DNA of 64,000 nucleotides from a virus (lineage: Duplodnaviria; Caudoviricetes): positions 41,869-105,868 of the IMG/VR virus record IMGVR_UViG_3300037067_017690. One strand, given 5' to 3'. Within the stretch, counting starts at the first letter, position 1; each line of letters begins with the position of its first letter. The notes beneath the pieces were generated by a model, which worked only from the letters and a program-made list of their open reading frames with translations, did not search any database and was not told the DNA's origin. Position numbers and translations under genes: made by a program. Below are positions 27,199 through 37,103 of this stretch, piece after piece.

Positions 27199-27849
27199 AT
27201 GAAAAAATATCGTGATCATACAGAAGTTAAGGAATCTCAATTTTATACTTCCACAGCTAAATGCAGGATTCGAAAATCATTATTAGATTATTTTGTTGGA
27301 AATCCCAAAAATATATTTACTTTTTCCGGAATTAAAGCTATGGATGTTTATGCATTCTCGATTAAAAATGCACATATTATTTCTATAGAAGAAAATAGGG
27401 AAATTTGGGAAGCTCAATCTCTTAAACATCGTAAAATAAATACTCAATATTTATGGTATGAATTTAAAGATTGGGTAAAACAAGGAAATCATTTTAATCC
27501 ATTCGATATATATTATCTCGATTTCAACAGAATTTGGTCTGTTGATTTTGAAAATGAAATAAATGATTTTTTTGCTTTAAATATGAAAAGAGATTCTATT
27601 ATTGGTATAACAGTAGTTGCTGCAAGAGAATCTCTTGCAGAAATTGAGAAAACTCAATGTTTTCAAATGACTTGTGCTGGCAATCCAAAATCTTTTTTCG
27701 AAAATCGTGCAAATGTTATTTCTGTTACAATCCAAAATATAGCAAAAAAATGTGGAAAAACATTAAAGTTACTAAATCAAGAATCAATGAATTATATTGC
27801 TTCTAAATGTCCAATGTTGTTTATGGCTTACAAAATTGTGAAGGTATGA
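27199..27849 (+). CDS. Hypothetical protein, possible Rossmann-fold methyltransferase-like
   Basis: IFTFSG, IISIEEN, FDIYYLDF strand pattern; weak. Confidence 0.35.
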   Translation: MKKYRDHTEVKESQFYTSTAKCRIRKSLLDYFVGNPKNIFTFSGIKAMDVYAFSIKNAHIISIEENREIWEAQSLKHRKINTQYLWYEFKDWVKQGNHFNPFDIYYLDFNRIWSVDFENEINDFFALNMKRDSIIGITVVAARESLAEIEKTQCFQMTCAGNPKSFFENRANVISVTIQNIAKKCGKTLKLLNQESMNYIASKCPMLFMAYKIVKV

Positions 27850-27938
27850 ACCCTCCTTCAGCACAAGGCATGAAGGCTTCTTGTAATTTATTTTTATCGT
27901 TAATAGTAGTTTCGGTTTACACAGTTTAAAATATATTT

Positions 27939-28367
27939 ATGCACTATTATAAACCAGAACATTTTATAATTCAAGAACTATTTGATGAACAAATAATCAA
28001 CATGTATGGCAATAAATGTTGGTCATTTATAGATAGCAGACTTCTGTATTCGATAGATCAAATTAGAAATTATTTCAATAAAAAAATTACAATTAATGAT
28101 TGGTTTTGGGGTGGTCAATTTAGTCAACGAGGTTTTCGCACTGATGCCAAAATGAATGCTCAAGCTCCATATTCACAACATGTATGCGGCAGAGCTGTTG
28201 ATTTCGATGTTGATGGATTAAGTGCTAACGATGTGAGATTGGCAATCATCACTAAAAAAAATACAGAACAATTTCAATATATTACCGCAATGGAAAAAGA
28301 TGTAAATTGGATACATATAGATGTGCGCAATATTTCGAATAGGATATTCCTTTTCGGCTCAAAATAA
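27939..28367 (+). CDS. Peptidase M15 (Zn D-Ala-D-Ala peptidase fold), probable endolysin
   Basis: RGFR...SQHVCGRAVDF...WIHID; preceded by TAAAATA-N5-ATG. Confidence 0.85.
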   Translation: MHYYKPEHFIIQELFDEQIINMYGNKCWSFIDSRLLYSIDQIRNYFNKKITINDWFWGGQFSQRGFRTDAKMNAQAPYSQHVCGRAVDFDVDGLSANDVRLAIITKKNTEQFQYITAMEKDVNWIHIDVRNISNRIFLFGSK

Positions 28368-28422
28368 ATTTACATTGCGAAGACTTTTTTAGAGGTGTTT
28401 TCTTATTAATCATTTCCGAGAG

Positions 28423-28429
28423 TAAAATT
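28423..28429 (+). promoter_or_regulatory. Putative late promoter TAAAATT, 6 nt before ATG
   Basis: Motif match; no SD before the kinase start. Confidence 0.55.
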
Positions 28430-28435
28430 CTTCTT

Positions 28436-29257
28436 ATGGAAGAAAATAATAAATTACGTGAAAAAATGATTGTGCTTAATCATGATATTTCAAATCCATT
28501 GCAAACTATCTTAATGAATATTGAAATTATTTTTAAAACTCTTAAAAATAGCAATATAGATAGAAATATTTTTGAAAAACTTCAATTATGTTTAGAAAAA
28601 ATGATTGACGCAATTAAAGCAGTACAATTGACAGTTCATGATGTTTTAGATATTAATCAAGAAGTAGTTCCTTACAAAAGTTTGCAAAAACTATTAGAAG
28701 AAATTGCAATTCAATATGAAGATTTATATAATAGTGGAGTAAGATCATATGAATTTGCAGACAATACAATAAGTCAAAAAGAATTTTACGATTATAATAT
28801 TGACAAAATTATACGAATCATGAATAATCTTTTATCTAATGCCACTAAATATACACCAAATGGAATGATTATTATTACTTTAGAGGAAGAAGAAAATCAT
28901 TACATTATTAAGGTAAAAGATAATGGATATGGAATTCCTAAAGAAAAATTAGATAAAATATTTGATAAATCACAAATAAATTCACAATTTCAAACAATGG
29001 GGTTGGGGATTGGATTATCTATCGTAAAAGATTTGGTAAAATCTATGAATGGAGAAATACGAATAGCTTCAACGATAGGATTAGGAACTCAAATATCTAT
29101 CTTGATTCCAAAAATCCGTCAAGACGTATTGAATTATGATCTGGAAAAATTAGAAATAATTATGGAAAATATGGTAGAATTAAATAATCAAATTATTTAT
29201 AGATTATCAAATGAAAAAGAAATAAAAGAATTTGATTTAAATGAAAAACACCATTAA
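28436..29257 (+). CDS. Soluble histidine kinase (HisKA + HATPase), no sensor domain
   Basis: H-box NHDISNPL, N-box NNLLSNATKYT, G1 DNGYGI, F-box KIFD, G2 GLGIGLSIVK, GLGTQI. Confidence 0.92.
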   Translation: MEENNKLREKMIVLNHDISNPLQTILMNIEIIFKTLKNSNIDRNIFEKLQLCLEKMIDAIKAVQLTVHDVLDINQEVVPYKSLQKLLEEIAIQYEDLYNSGVRSYEFADNTISQKEFYDYNIDKIIRIMNNLLSNATKYTPNGMIIITLEEEENHYIIKVKDNGYGIPKEKLDKIFDKSQINSQFQTMGLGIGLSIVKDLVKSMNGEIRIASTIGLGTQISILIPKIRQDVLNYDLEKLEIIMENMVELNNQIIYRLSNEKEIKEFDLNEKHH

Positions 29258-29485
29258 AATTTATATTAGTTAGGAAAATTGTTCATAGGAGTTAAATGTG
29301 ACAAGTTCCGAAAAAGATTTAAATGTTCGGATGAAAAAGATTTTAGAATTAAAAACGATAGAAAATGTAATTTTATACAATTTATCAAGTCTATTAGAAT
29401 CTCTTTCTTTTTCAACAGAACAAAATATAAAAAAAATTACTATTCTCTGTTAAATCTCAGGTATATTTCTTTAAAGGAAAAATAT

Positions 29486-29707
29486 ATGCTTAAGACTTAT
29501 TCAGGATATACTAGTCATTTTAATAATGCCAAAAATTTTTTCAAAAAAAATGAATTTTTAGAAGCATTAAATTCAATTAATAAAGCTATTGAAGATTATT
29601 CAAATGGTATCGAATTATACGAATATAGAATTCAAATTTATAAACAATTAATTATAAAAGATGAAAAAATGGTGCAAGAATTATTGCCAGAAGATTTAAA
29701 ATCATGA
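29486..29707 (+). CDS. Small TPR-like protein
   Basis: AKNFFKKNEFLEALNSINKAI...LYEYRIQIY; start reassigned to ATG 29486 (AAGGA SD, GGTAT motif). Confidence 0.55.
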   Translation: MLKTYSGYTSHFNNAKNFFKKNEFLEALNSINKAIEDYSNGIELYEYRIQIYKQLIIKDEKMVQELLPEDLKS

Positions 29708-29877
29708 ATCTTTAAAATCGAAAATTGGATATTTGCCATTGAATTATTAGATCCTTTGGTTATTTAAAAATGTCTTTTGAAAAAATCTAATAATCACGAG
29801 TATTTCTAAATTGTTTCACTTTACTTTTCCTTTACAAAAAATCTTTTTTGATATAATGTATCTTTGAAATAAAAATT

Positions 29878-29908
29878 TCTTTACATTTTATTAGATAAAA
29901 TCTATAAT
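29878..29908 (+). promoter_or_regulatory. Sigma70-type (early) promoter TCTTTACA-17-TATAAT
   Basis: Near-consensus -35/-10. Confidence 0.75.
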
Positions 29909-29951
29909 AAAGTTAATTTAGAAGTTTTAGTTAGAGATAAAGGAGAATAAA

Positions 29952-30806
29952 ATGAGTGAAATAAAATCATGGGATTTTGATGTTAAAGAAGTGCTTTTGC
30001 AAGATATACCAGAGTTTAAGGGTGTTACAGGATTCGAAAGAGATAAAATTCTTATTAATGCCACAGATAAATCAAAACTTGGAATTGTTTCGAAAAAATA
30101 CACAGTTGTTTCTCATAAAATGGCAGTTAATACATTATTGCAATCGATCGGCGAAATTTCAAAAGATGATCGAAAATTTGAAAAAATGAACATTTTGGAA
30201 AATCGTTTAATTTTTGGTAAAAATAAATCAACAATGAAATTAGATATTGAATTTCCGGATGTTGTTTTCGATTTAGGAAAAACTCAAACAAATATTGATG
30301 ATATCGTTAATTTTCAATTTACATTATATAATGGATTAACTGGAAAAGATCCTTTTATAGTTCAATTTGGTGGTAATCGTTTAGTTTGCAAAAATGGGTT
30401 AACAACAAAAACAATCGTAAAAGATGTTCGATTTGTGCATAGAAATATTGATATTCAAGCTCTTAAGCAAGCTATAAAGAATCAATTTTCTGGATTCACA
30501 AAAATTGTAGATGAATGGAAAATGTTAAAAAATAAAAATATTTCTGATACAGATTTGAAAAAGTTTTTCAACCACTTAAATAAAGTTTCTTTAAAAAATT
30601 TTGTTCACAATTTTCATATAAAAAAAATTCAAACAATTTCTCCAGAAATTTTAGAAAAGGAAGGTAGAAACTTATGGACAGTTGCTAATTTAGCAACTAA
30701 TTATACAACTTATGATGCAAAGATTATTAAATCCGATAACGCATATCGGAGAATCAATCTTATTAATAATTTCTTTTATAATGAATGTTTAAAATTGGCT
30801 GCATAA
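29952..30806 (+). CDS. DUF932-family protein
   Basis: LGIVSKKYTVVSH, NGLTG, RLVCKNGL, NLWTVANLATNYTT. Confidence 0.8.
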   Translation: MSEIKSWDFDVKEVLLQDIPEFKGVTGFERDKILINATDKSKLGIVSKKYTVVSHKMAVNTLLQSIGEISKDDRKFEKMNILENRLIFGKNKSTMKLDIEFPDVVFDLGKTQTNIDDIVNFQFTLYNGLTGKDPFIVQFGGNRLVCKNGLTTKTIVKDVRFVHRNIDIQALKQAIKNQFSGFTKIVDEWKMLKNKNISDTDLKKFFNHLNKVSLKNFVHNFHIKKIQTISPEILEKEGRNLWTVANLATNYTTYDAKIIKSDNAYRRINLINNFFYNECLKLAA

Positions 30807-31495
30807 TGAAAGAAAAATTTTCAAAATTTTATAGACAATTTTTTAATTTAATATCTTCCGAAGCAGAATTAATAGAAAAAGCACTTTATAAATCTGATAC
30901 TTCACAATTTCAAAAATATGTAGATGAAGAGAAATCTATTCATAGTTATAAATGTTTTAATTTTAAAATAGATTTTTTTAAAGATTCACAAGATATTTTA
31001 AATGTATTTTTAGAACCTTTTGATGATAAATATGATTTTGCAATATTGTTAAATACTATAAAAATGAAAATAAAAAACAGAACAAAATTTTATATTATAT
31101 GTAATGACGAAGGAAAATTATCATCATTTAATATTGGAGAAATTAAAAATGGTTGTAATGGATGTTGTGTATTTTCAAAACAATTTATTGATTTCATAGT
31201 GCATAATTTGCATAAAATTATTGATGTAAGAAAAATAGTTGGATCAATATTATTAGAATTATCAGATATAAAAGACCCAGATCAATATTTTGAAGAATTA
31301 TTGTTTAGAACTTGGGCAAAAGTTAATAATGAAGGCATACAAATAACTTGGCGAAATTTAGAACAAATCTTATGCATTGATATTTTATCGACATTTTACA
31401 CTCATCTTAAAAAATCAGTTATTTATCCTTCTGAATTCCAATTAATTATTGATTATTCATATCAGGACGTGTTAAAATACTTTTTTTCTAATTAG
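30785..31495 (+). CDS. Hypothetical protein
   Basis: 236-aa ORF; true start probably the second Met near 30806. Confidence 0.55.
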   Translation: MFKIGCIMKEKFSKFYRQFFNLISSEAELIEKALYKSDTSQFQKYVDEEKSIHSYKCFNFKIDFFKDSQDILNVFLEPFDDKYDFAILLNTIKMKIKNRTKFYIICNDEGKLSSFNIGEIKNGCNGCCVFSKQFIDFIVHNLHKIIDVRKIVGSILLELSDIKDPDQYFEELLFRTWAKVNNEGIQITWRNLEQILCIDILSTFYTHLKKSVIYPSEFQLIIDYSYQDVLKYFFSN

Positions 31496-31506
31496 GGGGA
31501 GAAAAA

Positions 31507-32028
31507 ATGAATATAAATAAAATTTTAAAAGCAATGAAATTTGCTGCAGAATGTCATGCGAAACAATTTCGACAAAATGGAATTACTCCATACATTAATC
31601 ATCCAATAAGTGTAGCATATAAGGTGTCTACTTTAAAAGATGTTACTGAAGAAATGATTATAGCTGCTGTGTTGCACGATGTTTTAGAAGATTGTGAAGA
31701 AATTACACAAAAACAAATTGAAATAGAATTTGGTGCAACAGTAGCAAATTATGTGAATTGGCTAACAAATCAATCTAAAAAACTTGGTATTAAACCTCGA
31801 TCTTTTAGAAAGAAATATGATTGTGAACGATTGGCAAATGCTCCAATAGAAGTAAAAAAAATAAAATTATGTGATAGAATTAATAATCTTAGCGAATTAA
31901 AAGATTTTAATAAAAATTTTATTAGTATATACATAAATGAATCTGAAATGTTATTACATCATATTGGGAATGTTGATGCGGAATTATTACAAGAATTAAT
32001 GTCATTAATTATCAAAATTAGGGAATGA
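31507..32028 (+). CDS. HD-domain (p)ppGpp hydrolase-like protein (small alarmone hydrolase / Mesh1 type)
   Basis: FAAECHAKQFR...PYINHP...AAVLHDVLED...KLCDRINNL. Confidence 0.88.
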   Translation: MNINKILKAMKFAAECHAKQFRQNGITPYINHPISVAYKVSTLKDVTEEMIIAAVLHDVLEDCEEITQKQIEIEFGATVANYVNWLTNQSKKLGIKPRSFRKKYDCERLANAPIEVKKIKLCDRINNLSELKDFNKNFISIYINESEMLLHHIGNVDAELLQELMSLIIKIRE

Positions 32029-32967
32029 TTTAAAAACTTTAAAAATTTCATTATCTAATTTCCCATTCATTACATCTTGTTGTAAAGCTAAAATTCCTTC
32101 ACTATGAGCTCTACGAGGATGATATGGTCTTTCAGAAACAATTGCGTCATAAATATCAGCAATAGTAACAATCCTAACATATTCTGGGATATCATTTTTT
32201 GTCATACCAATAGGGTATCCAGATCCATCTAATTTTTCATGATGTTTGAAAGCAATTTCTTCTGCCAGAATCATAGAATCAATTCCAAATGCTGATAATG
32301 GTTCAAGAATTGTTTTCCCTTTTATTGTGTGCCTTTTAATCATATCAAATTCATTATCTGATAATTTTGTTGTTTTATTCAAAATATTTTCTGTAATTCC
32401 ATGTTTTCCTACATCATGCAACATTGCTGCTAATTTTAAATTCTGAATCATCGTTTCATCAAATTTCATCGCCGTAGCAATCGATGCAACTATTTTACTA
32501 ACTCTATCATTATGGCCTTTTGTCAATGGATCTCTTAATTCTTCAAGATTTGCAAAAGTTGTTATCATAATTTCTTCAGCTTTTTCAAAATTCAAAATTT
32601 TTGATTCTTTTAGTGCATTTTCTATTTTTCGTTTCAACATATGAAACGAAAATGGTTTTTGTATAGCATCATAAAAATTGGCTTTGAATAATTGTTCGTA
32701 TGATTCTGTAGATATAAATCCTGAAACAGCAATTATTGGAATATTATGATTCAATTCATTTATTTTTGCAGCTGTTTCAAATCCATCCATTAGTGGCATT
32801 TGTATGTCTAATAAAATTACATGAGGGATTGATCCATTTGTAATAGCATCTAAAAGAAGTTGACCATCTTTATATGTTGATATTTCATATTTGTCATTCA
32901 AAGTTTCTCGAATTGTATTTCTCATATAAATATTATCATCAGCATAAAATATTATTTTTTTAATCAT
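32005..32967 (-). CDS. Response regulator with REC + HD-GYP cyclic-dinucleotide phosphodiesterase domain
   Basis: REC: ADD, LLDIQMPLMDG, VSG, QKPF; HD-GYP: TKGHNDRV, LHDVGK, HHEKLDGSGYP, IADIYDA, RPY. Confidence 0.95.
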   Translation of the reverse strand: MIKKIIFYADDNIYMRNTIRETLNDKYEISTYKDGQLLLDAITNGSIPHVILLDIQMPLMDGFETAAKINELNHNIPIIAVSGFISTESYEQLFKANFYDAIQKPFSFHMLKRKIENALKESKILNFEKAEEIMITTFANLEELRDPLTKGHNDRVSKIVASIATAMKFDETMIQNLKLAAMLHDVGKHGITENILNKTTKLSDNEFDMIKRHTIKGKTILEPLSAFGIDSMILAEEIAFKHHEKLDGSGYPIGMTKNDIPEYVRIVTIADIYDAIVSERPYHPRRAHSEGILALQQDVMNGKLDNEIFKVFKSFPNFDN

Positions 32968-35325
32968 TTAATTTAATACCTTGCTGATTGAAGTGTTTTG
33001 AATTTCTGTAATATCCATACTATCTTTAATAAAAGGATATCTTAAAATTACAGAATTTGTTCTCACAAAATCTTCTATAATAAAATTAAGATATCTTTTC
33101 GAATATCGTGAAATTGTTTGCATTGGCATGGTAAATGAAGTTATGTTTTCAATAGTGGTAGGATTTAATTGATTATAAATTTTACCAGTTTGATCAATAA
33201 TTGAAATGGAATTAATTTGAATTCCATCATAGATTTTTTCATCATTTTCCCCTAATACAAAAGGACGAACGTTAATAATTGCATCATGACTGTAAATTCT
33301 ATAATTATCAAAATCTACTCCGTAAGTGAAAGTTGTAGAACCAATAATAGATTCTTCTTGACTATCAGGACTCATCGCTGTTATTACATCAGTATTTTTT
33401 CCTCCTGCGAGAGTGAAATTATCTACTTTTGCTATAGGGATAGGAATTTTTTGAAATTTTTTATGATTTGCCCAATAATTTTTTAATTGTTGGCCAGGAG
33501 CATAATGAGAATCATTCAACCCTGTAAGATCTATATTTGACGGAACAACAGGAGGAATTGTATTTTTATAATAATATATTTGCGTAGTAGATTCATTAAT
33601 TTTCTTCAAAGAAATATTTGATCCATCAAGATATTTTTTCAAATGTTTTCTATTACCTGATTCTATTTTATCTGTTAACCAATTAGTGTAATACCAAGCA
33701 GTGTCAACACCACCTCCATCTTTTTTATCTTCCATTTTTATTGCATCAGTAATATATTTTTCATTCCCATTACCAGTAGTTCTATATAAATCATTATACA
33801 AATGAATCCCATTTTTATAATATGTATTTTCTGAATCATACCATGAAGGTAAATACAACATATTCTTTCTTGCGTAACCACCCATTTTCGAAATATATTC
33901 AGATCTCCAAGACATTAATGTAATTAATTTTTCAGGATTCGATTCGACAATTAAATTTCCATATCTATCATTCGCATTATGAGCTGTAGTAGGCATCCAC
34001 ACAGGGCTATACACATTTTCTTGATTCCAATCTGTTCCTCGAAATAATCCATACATGCCCTGTGTTGTAAAACTTGTAAATGGAAATATTGATGCTGCAT
34101 CTTCACACATGGTACTTCTATCAAAAGCAAAAAGATATGAACTCAACGTTACCGCTGGAAATTCCATATCTTTATCTCTATAACTCGGGAACCCCAAAGG
34201 ATTTGTTGTATTTGTTTGATTTGTATAATTCCAATAGGCTTTTCCAGTCATCCCACAAAAAATTCTCCAATCTTGAGGATAAATATCTTTATTTTTAAAA
34301 GTCCATCCATCAACATTTATTGGAGGAAATTGCCAATATGTTTTATAAGACTTCCCTTTTTCGGCAACGTAAATATTGTGATAAGGACTATAATGAGGAT
34401 TTCCATTATAATTTATTCGATATTCTGTGTTTGGTCTATAAAATCTCCATTTTGAATGGTCTTCATTGGCACAATCCCATCTGACATTATTTACATAATC
34501 AAAATATTGGTTATAATTATGCACCATTGTATGAATCCCAGATTTTGTAAAAAATCTTTTTCCATTTGATACTAATCTACTTCTTAATGGTAAATTCATA
34601 ATTTTCCATCCGAATCCATCAATAATCTGATCACCAATTAATCCGACTGTTGGAAATCCAGTAACTTTATCAGTCATATTACCAATTGGAGGTCTTGCCT
34701 TTACCATTAAATCTTCAGCTGTGTGAATATTTTGGAAGAAATAAATTAATGATGATAAAATTTCATTTCCATTATTTAATGTAAAGAGAGTTTGAATGTA
34801 TTCAAAAGAAGTAGCACTATAACCTAAAGGATGGCCAATCATGGGAATTGATAGAAAATCATTAACTATAAGTGTATAAGCATTTGGTAATACATGAGGA
34901 AAATTAGGATTCAATAAATCCCATTTAAATGGTTGAGTCATTCCTCTATGAAATATATAAGTAACAAAAAATGATGATTGCAATAATTCTTTATACTGTC
35001 TTAAATAATATGTATTATTGTTATGTGTTTTTAAATACATTATAGAATTAGTAGCAGTTCGTCCTGGTGCATATTTTGGCACAGATTCAAAAGTAAGTCC
35101 TGAAGCAACTTGTTGAATATTTCCTAATGCTGGAATTCTTACAGTTTTTGTTTGATATTCAGTCCTTGGTCTAGTATATATATTAATAGATTGAGGAAGA
35201 GTTCGAGAAATATTTTTCTCTTTAGAATCTTTAAAATACAAGGATTCTTCATCTGAAATTGATTTACCGCCAATTTCATAATTTGTTATTGTAAATGTTT
35301 CTGAATAACTAAATATTTCTGCCAT
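32968..35325 (-). CDS. Large hypothetical protein, probably virion-associated
   Basis: 785 aa, aromatic/Asn/Thr-rich; in TAAAATT-led operon. Confidence 0.5.
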   Translation of the reverse strand: MAEIFSYSETFTITNYEIGGKSISDEESLYFKDSKEKNISRTLPQSINIYTRPRTEYQTKTVRIPALGNIQQVASGLTFESVPKYAPGRTATNSIMYLKTHNNNTYYLRQYKELLQSSFFVTYIFHRGMTQPFKWDLLNPNFPHVLPNAYTLIVNDFLSIPMIGHPLGYSATSFEYIQTLFTLNNGNEILSSLIYFFQNIHTAEDLMVKARPPIGNMTDKVTGFPTVGLIGDQIIDGFGWKIMNLPLRSRLVSNGKRFFTKSGIHTMVHNYNQYFDYVNNVRWDCANEDHSKWRFYRPNTEYRINYNGNPHYSPYHNIYVAEKGKSYKTYWQFPPINVDGWTFKNKDIYPQDWRIFCGMTGKAYWNYTNQTNTTNPLGFPSYRDKDMEFPAVTLSSYLFAFDRSTMCEDAASIFPFTSFTTQGMYGLFRGTDWNQENVYSPVWMPTTAHNANDRYGNLIVESNPEKLITLMSWRSEYISKMGGYARKNMLYLPSWYDSENTYYKNGIHLYNDLYRTTGNGNEKYITDAIKMEDKKDGGGVDTAWYYTNWLTDKIESGNRKHLKKYLDGSNISLKKINESTTQIYYYKNTIPPVVPSNIDLTGLNDSHYAPGQQLKNYWANHKKFQKIPIPIAKVDNFTLAGGKNTDVITAMSPDSQEESIIGSTTFTYGVDFDNYRIYSHDAIINVRPFVLGENDEKIYDGIQINSISIIDQTGKIYNQLNPTTIENITSFTMPMQTISRYSKRYLNFIIEDFVRTNSVILRYPFIKDSMDITEIQNTSISKVLN

Positions 35326-36037
35326 ACTGTTCTATCACTTTCAATAAATTTTCTGTAATAAATTGTAAAATTGTTGTCATTGAAAATGCTCTTATTTTGT
35401 TATTTATAAATTTCGAATAAAATTGAGCAATTTTCACATCTCCTAAAATAAGTTTTACTTTTATCAATTCTTCAATTTTGGTAAAATTGTAACAATCAAT
35501 TTCTAATATTGCAATGTTATTTTTCAATTTAATAAAATATTGAGGATTTAATATATCTAATTTTTTGTTCTTTTTTAATTCATTAATAATTTCTTTTTGA
35601 ATTAATCGTCGAAGTTGAATTTCAAGAATTTTTGAATTATTTTTAATTTCTGGAGGAATACCAATTATTTTTCTGGTTACAATTGCTGGAATATGTGTAA
35701 ATCCCATTTTTTTAGAAACATTATAACGATGAATCCCATCTGAAAGCCGATATTCTTTTAATTCTTCGTCATAATATAATTTGACTGGCGGCAAAGCCAT
35801 ATTATGTTCGAGACTCTGCATGATGGTTTCATATCTTTGTTGATTCCAAACATTTTCATCTTTGATTTCATTTATTGGAACTATTTCAAAATCATCTTTA
35901 AACCAATATCCATCTTCTAAGAAATTTACATATTGTTCAGCAAAATCATTATGAATCATTTTACGATCTAATTTATATTCATAATGCGTTTTTTGTGCAA
36001 TTTTAATCATTACAGATAAAATCATAATTATTCCCAA
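35309..36037 (-). CDS. ParB/Srx-like domain protein
   Basis: LPPVKL...YRLSDGIHRY...GFTHIPAIV; likely true start MILSVMIKIA. Confidence 0.8.
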   Translation of the reverse strand: MGIIMILSVMIKIAQKTHYEYKLDRKMIHNDFAEQYVNFLEDGYWFKDDFEIVPINEIKDENVWNQQRYETIMQSLEHNMALPPVKLYYDEELKEYRLSDGIHRYNVSKKMGFTHIPAIVTRKIIGIPPEIKNNSKILEIQLRRLIQKEIINELKKNKKLDILNPQYFIKLKNNIAILEIDCYNFTKIEELIKVKLILGDVKIAQFYSKFINNKIRAFSMTTILQFITENLLKVIEQYGRNI

Positions 36038-36867
36038 TTCCCATCTATTATATAAAATCTAAAATAAAAATTTTCAAGCACGCCAATTCTGCTCAATCCT
36101 ATTGTTGAAACCCATCCTGCTTCGCCAATATTTGCTCCATTTGGGGAATAATCCCCAGATCCTGCAGGGTTTTTTGTTAATAATTTATTAGTTCCTGAAA
36201 TAGCAGTAGTTGGGACTTGATTGCTATCTAAATTATATTTTTCTTCCAGAAATAACCCTACATCATTTAATGTAGAAGTTGAAAATATATCACTATCTCT
36301 AAAATCAGATCTTTTTGAAATCTCAATTAAATAATGTCCTCTACCACCTCGAACATCTCTTTTACCAGTTTTCAAATAAGATTTAATTATGAAATAATCA
36401 TTTGATTGATTAGCGTTGTATATTAATTCTGGAATCCCTATATCTACTGCCTTAATTCTCACAGTCCATAGGACAGATCCTGCTGGCATTATAATATTTA
36501 ACATGGAATCACCAAAATTAGATATTCTTGAAATTTCTTCTTCATCTTGGCTCACATATCCATCATCTGTTTGAACTTTTAAGAACGCAGTAATATTTCC
36601 TTGCTTTCTCATTTCTATTTTAAACCACTTGCCTGGAAGACTATTCACACTGATCGCAAAAGTGACTTGTTGAGCGGTAGCAGATATGTTTTTGAATCCT
36701 TGACCATTATAAATATGATATTGGTCATTAACTCGAACAATCATGTCTGTTTCTGGATCATGTGTTCCTTCTAATGGGATTGTAGTATAAATTTCAGGAC
36801 TGATTCTTATTTCAGTCCAATTATTCCCATAATTTTGAAATGTGGTTGCACCTAAATGAATTGCCAT
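36028..36867 (-). CDS. Hypothetical beta-rich protein, probably virion-associated
   Basis: 279 aa, TAAAATT-N5-ATG start. Confidence 0.5.
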   Translation of the reverse strand: MAIHLGATTFQNYGNNWTEIRISPEIYTTIPLEGTHDPETDMIVRVNDQYHIYNGQGFKNISATAQQVTFAISVNSLPGKWFKIEMRKQGNITAFLKVQTDDGYVSQDEEEISRISNFGDSMLNIIMPAGSVLWTVRIKAVDIGIPELIYNANQSNDYFIIKSYLKTGKRDVRGGRGHYLIEISKRSDFRDSDIFSTSTLNDVGLFLEEKYNLDSNQVPTTAISGTNKLLTKNPAGSGDYSPNGANIGEAGWVSTIGLSRIGVLENFYFRFYIIDGNWE

Positions 36868-36872
36868 AACGT

Positions 36873-36911
36873 AATTTTAATCTTTACATCTATGAAATTA
36901 ACCTCTATATT
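36873..36911. promoter_or_regulatory. Back-to-back late (minus, TAAAATT 36873-36879) and early (plus, TCTTTACA-17-TATATT 36881-36911) promoters
   Basis: Both motifs read directly. Confidence 0.65.
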
Positions 36912-36938
36912 ATGAATAATAAAAAGGGAAAATAAATA

Positions 36939-37103
36939 ATGGCTAATTCCATATATTATGATAATATGTTGCGTTGCAAATGTGGTTCATTAGCTATAAC
37001 AGTTGATGAAAAAAGAAAAGTATGTGATGTTTGTTATTGGAGAAATAAATTTTTAAAAATGCGTAAAAAAGTGGAAAAAATGGAGTATAAAAGTGAAAAA
37101 TGA
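36939..37103 (+). CDS. Small zinc-finger protein (54 aa)
   Basis: CKCG...CDVCYW; below track cutoff. Confidence 0.5.
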   Translation: MANSIYYDNMLRCKCGSLAITVDEKRKVCDVCYWRNKFLKMRKKVEKMEYKSEK

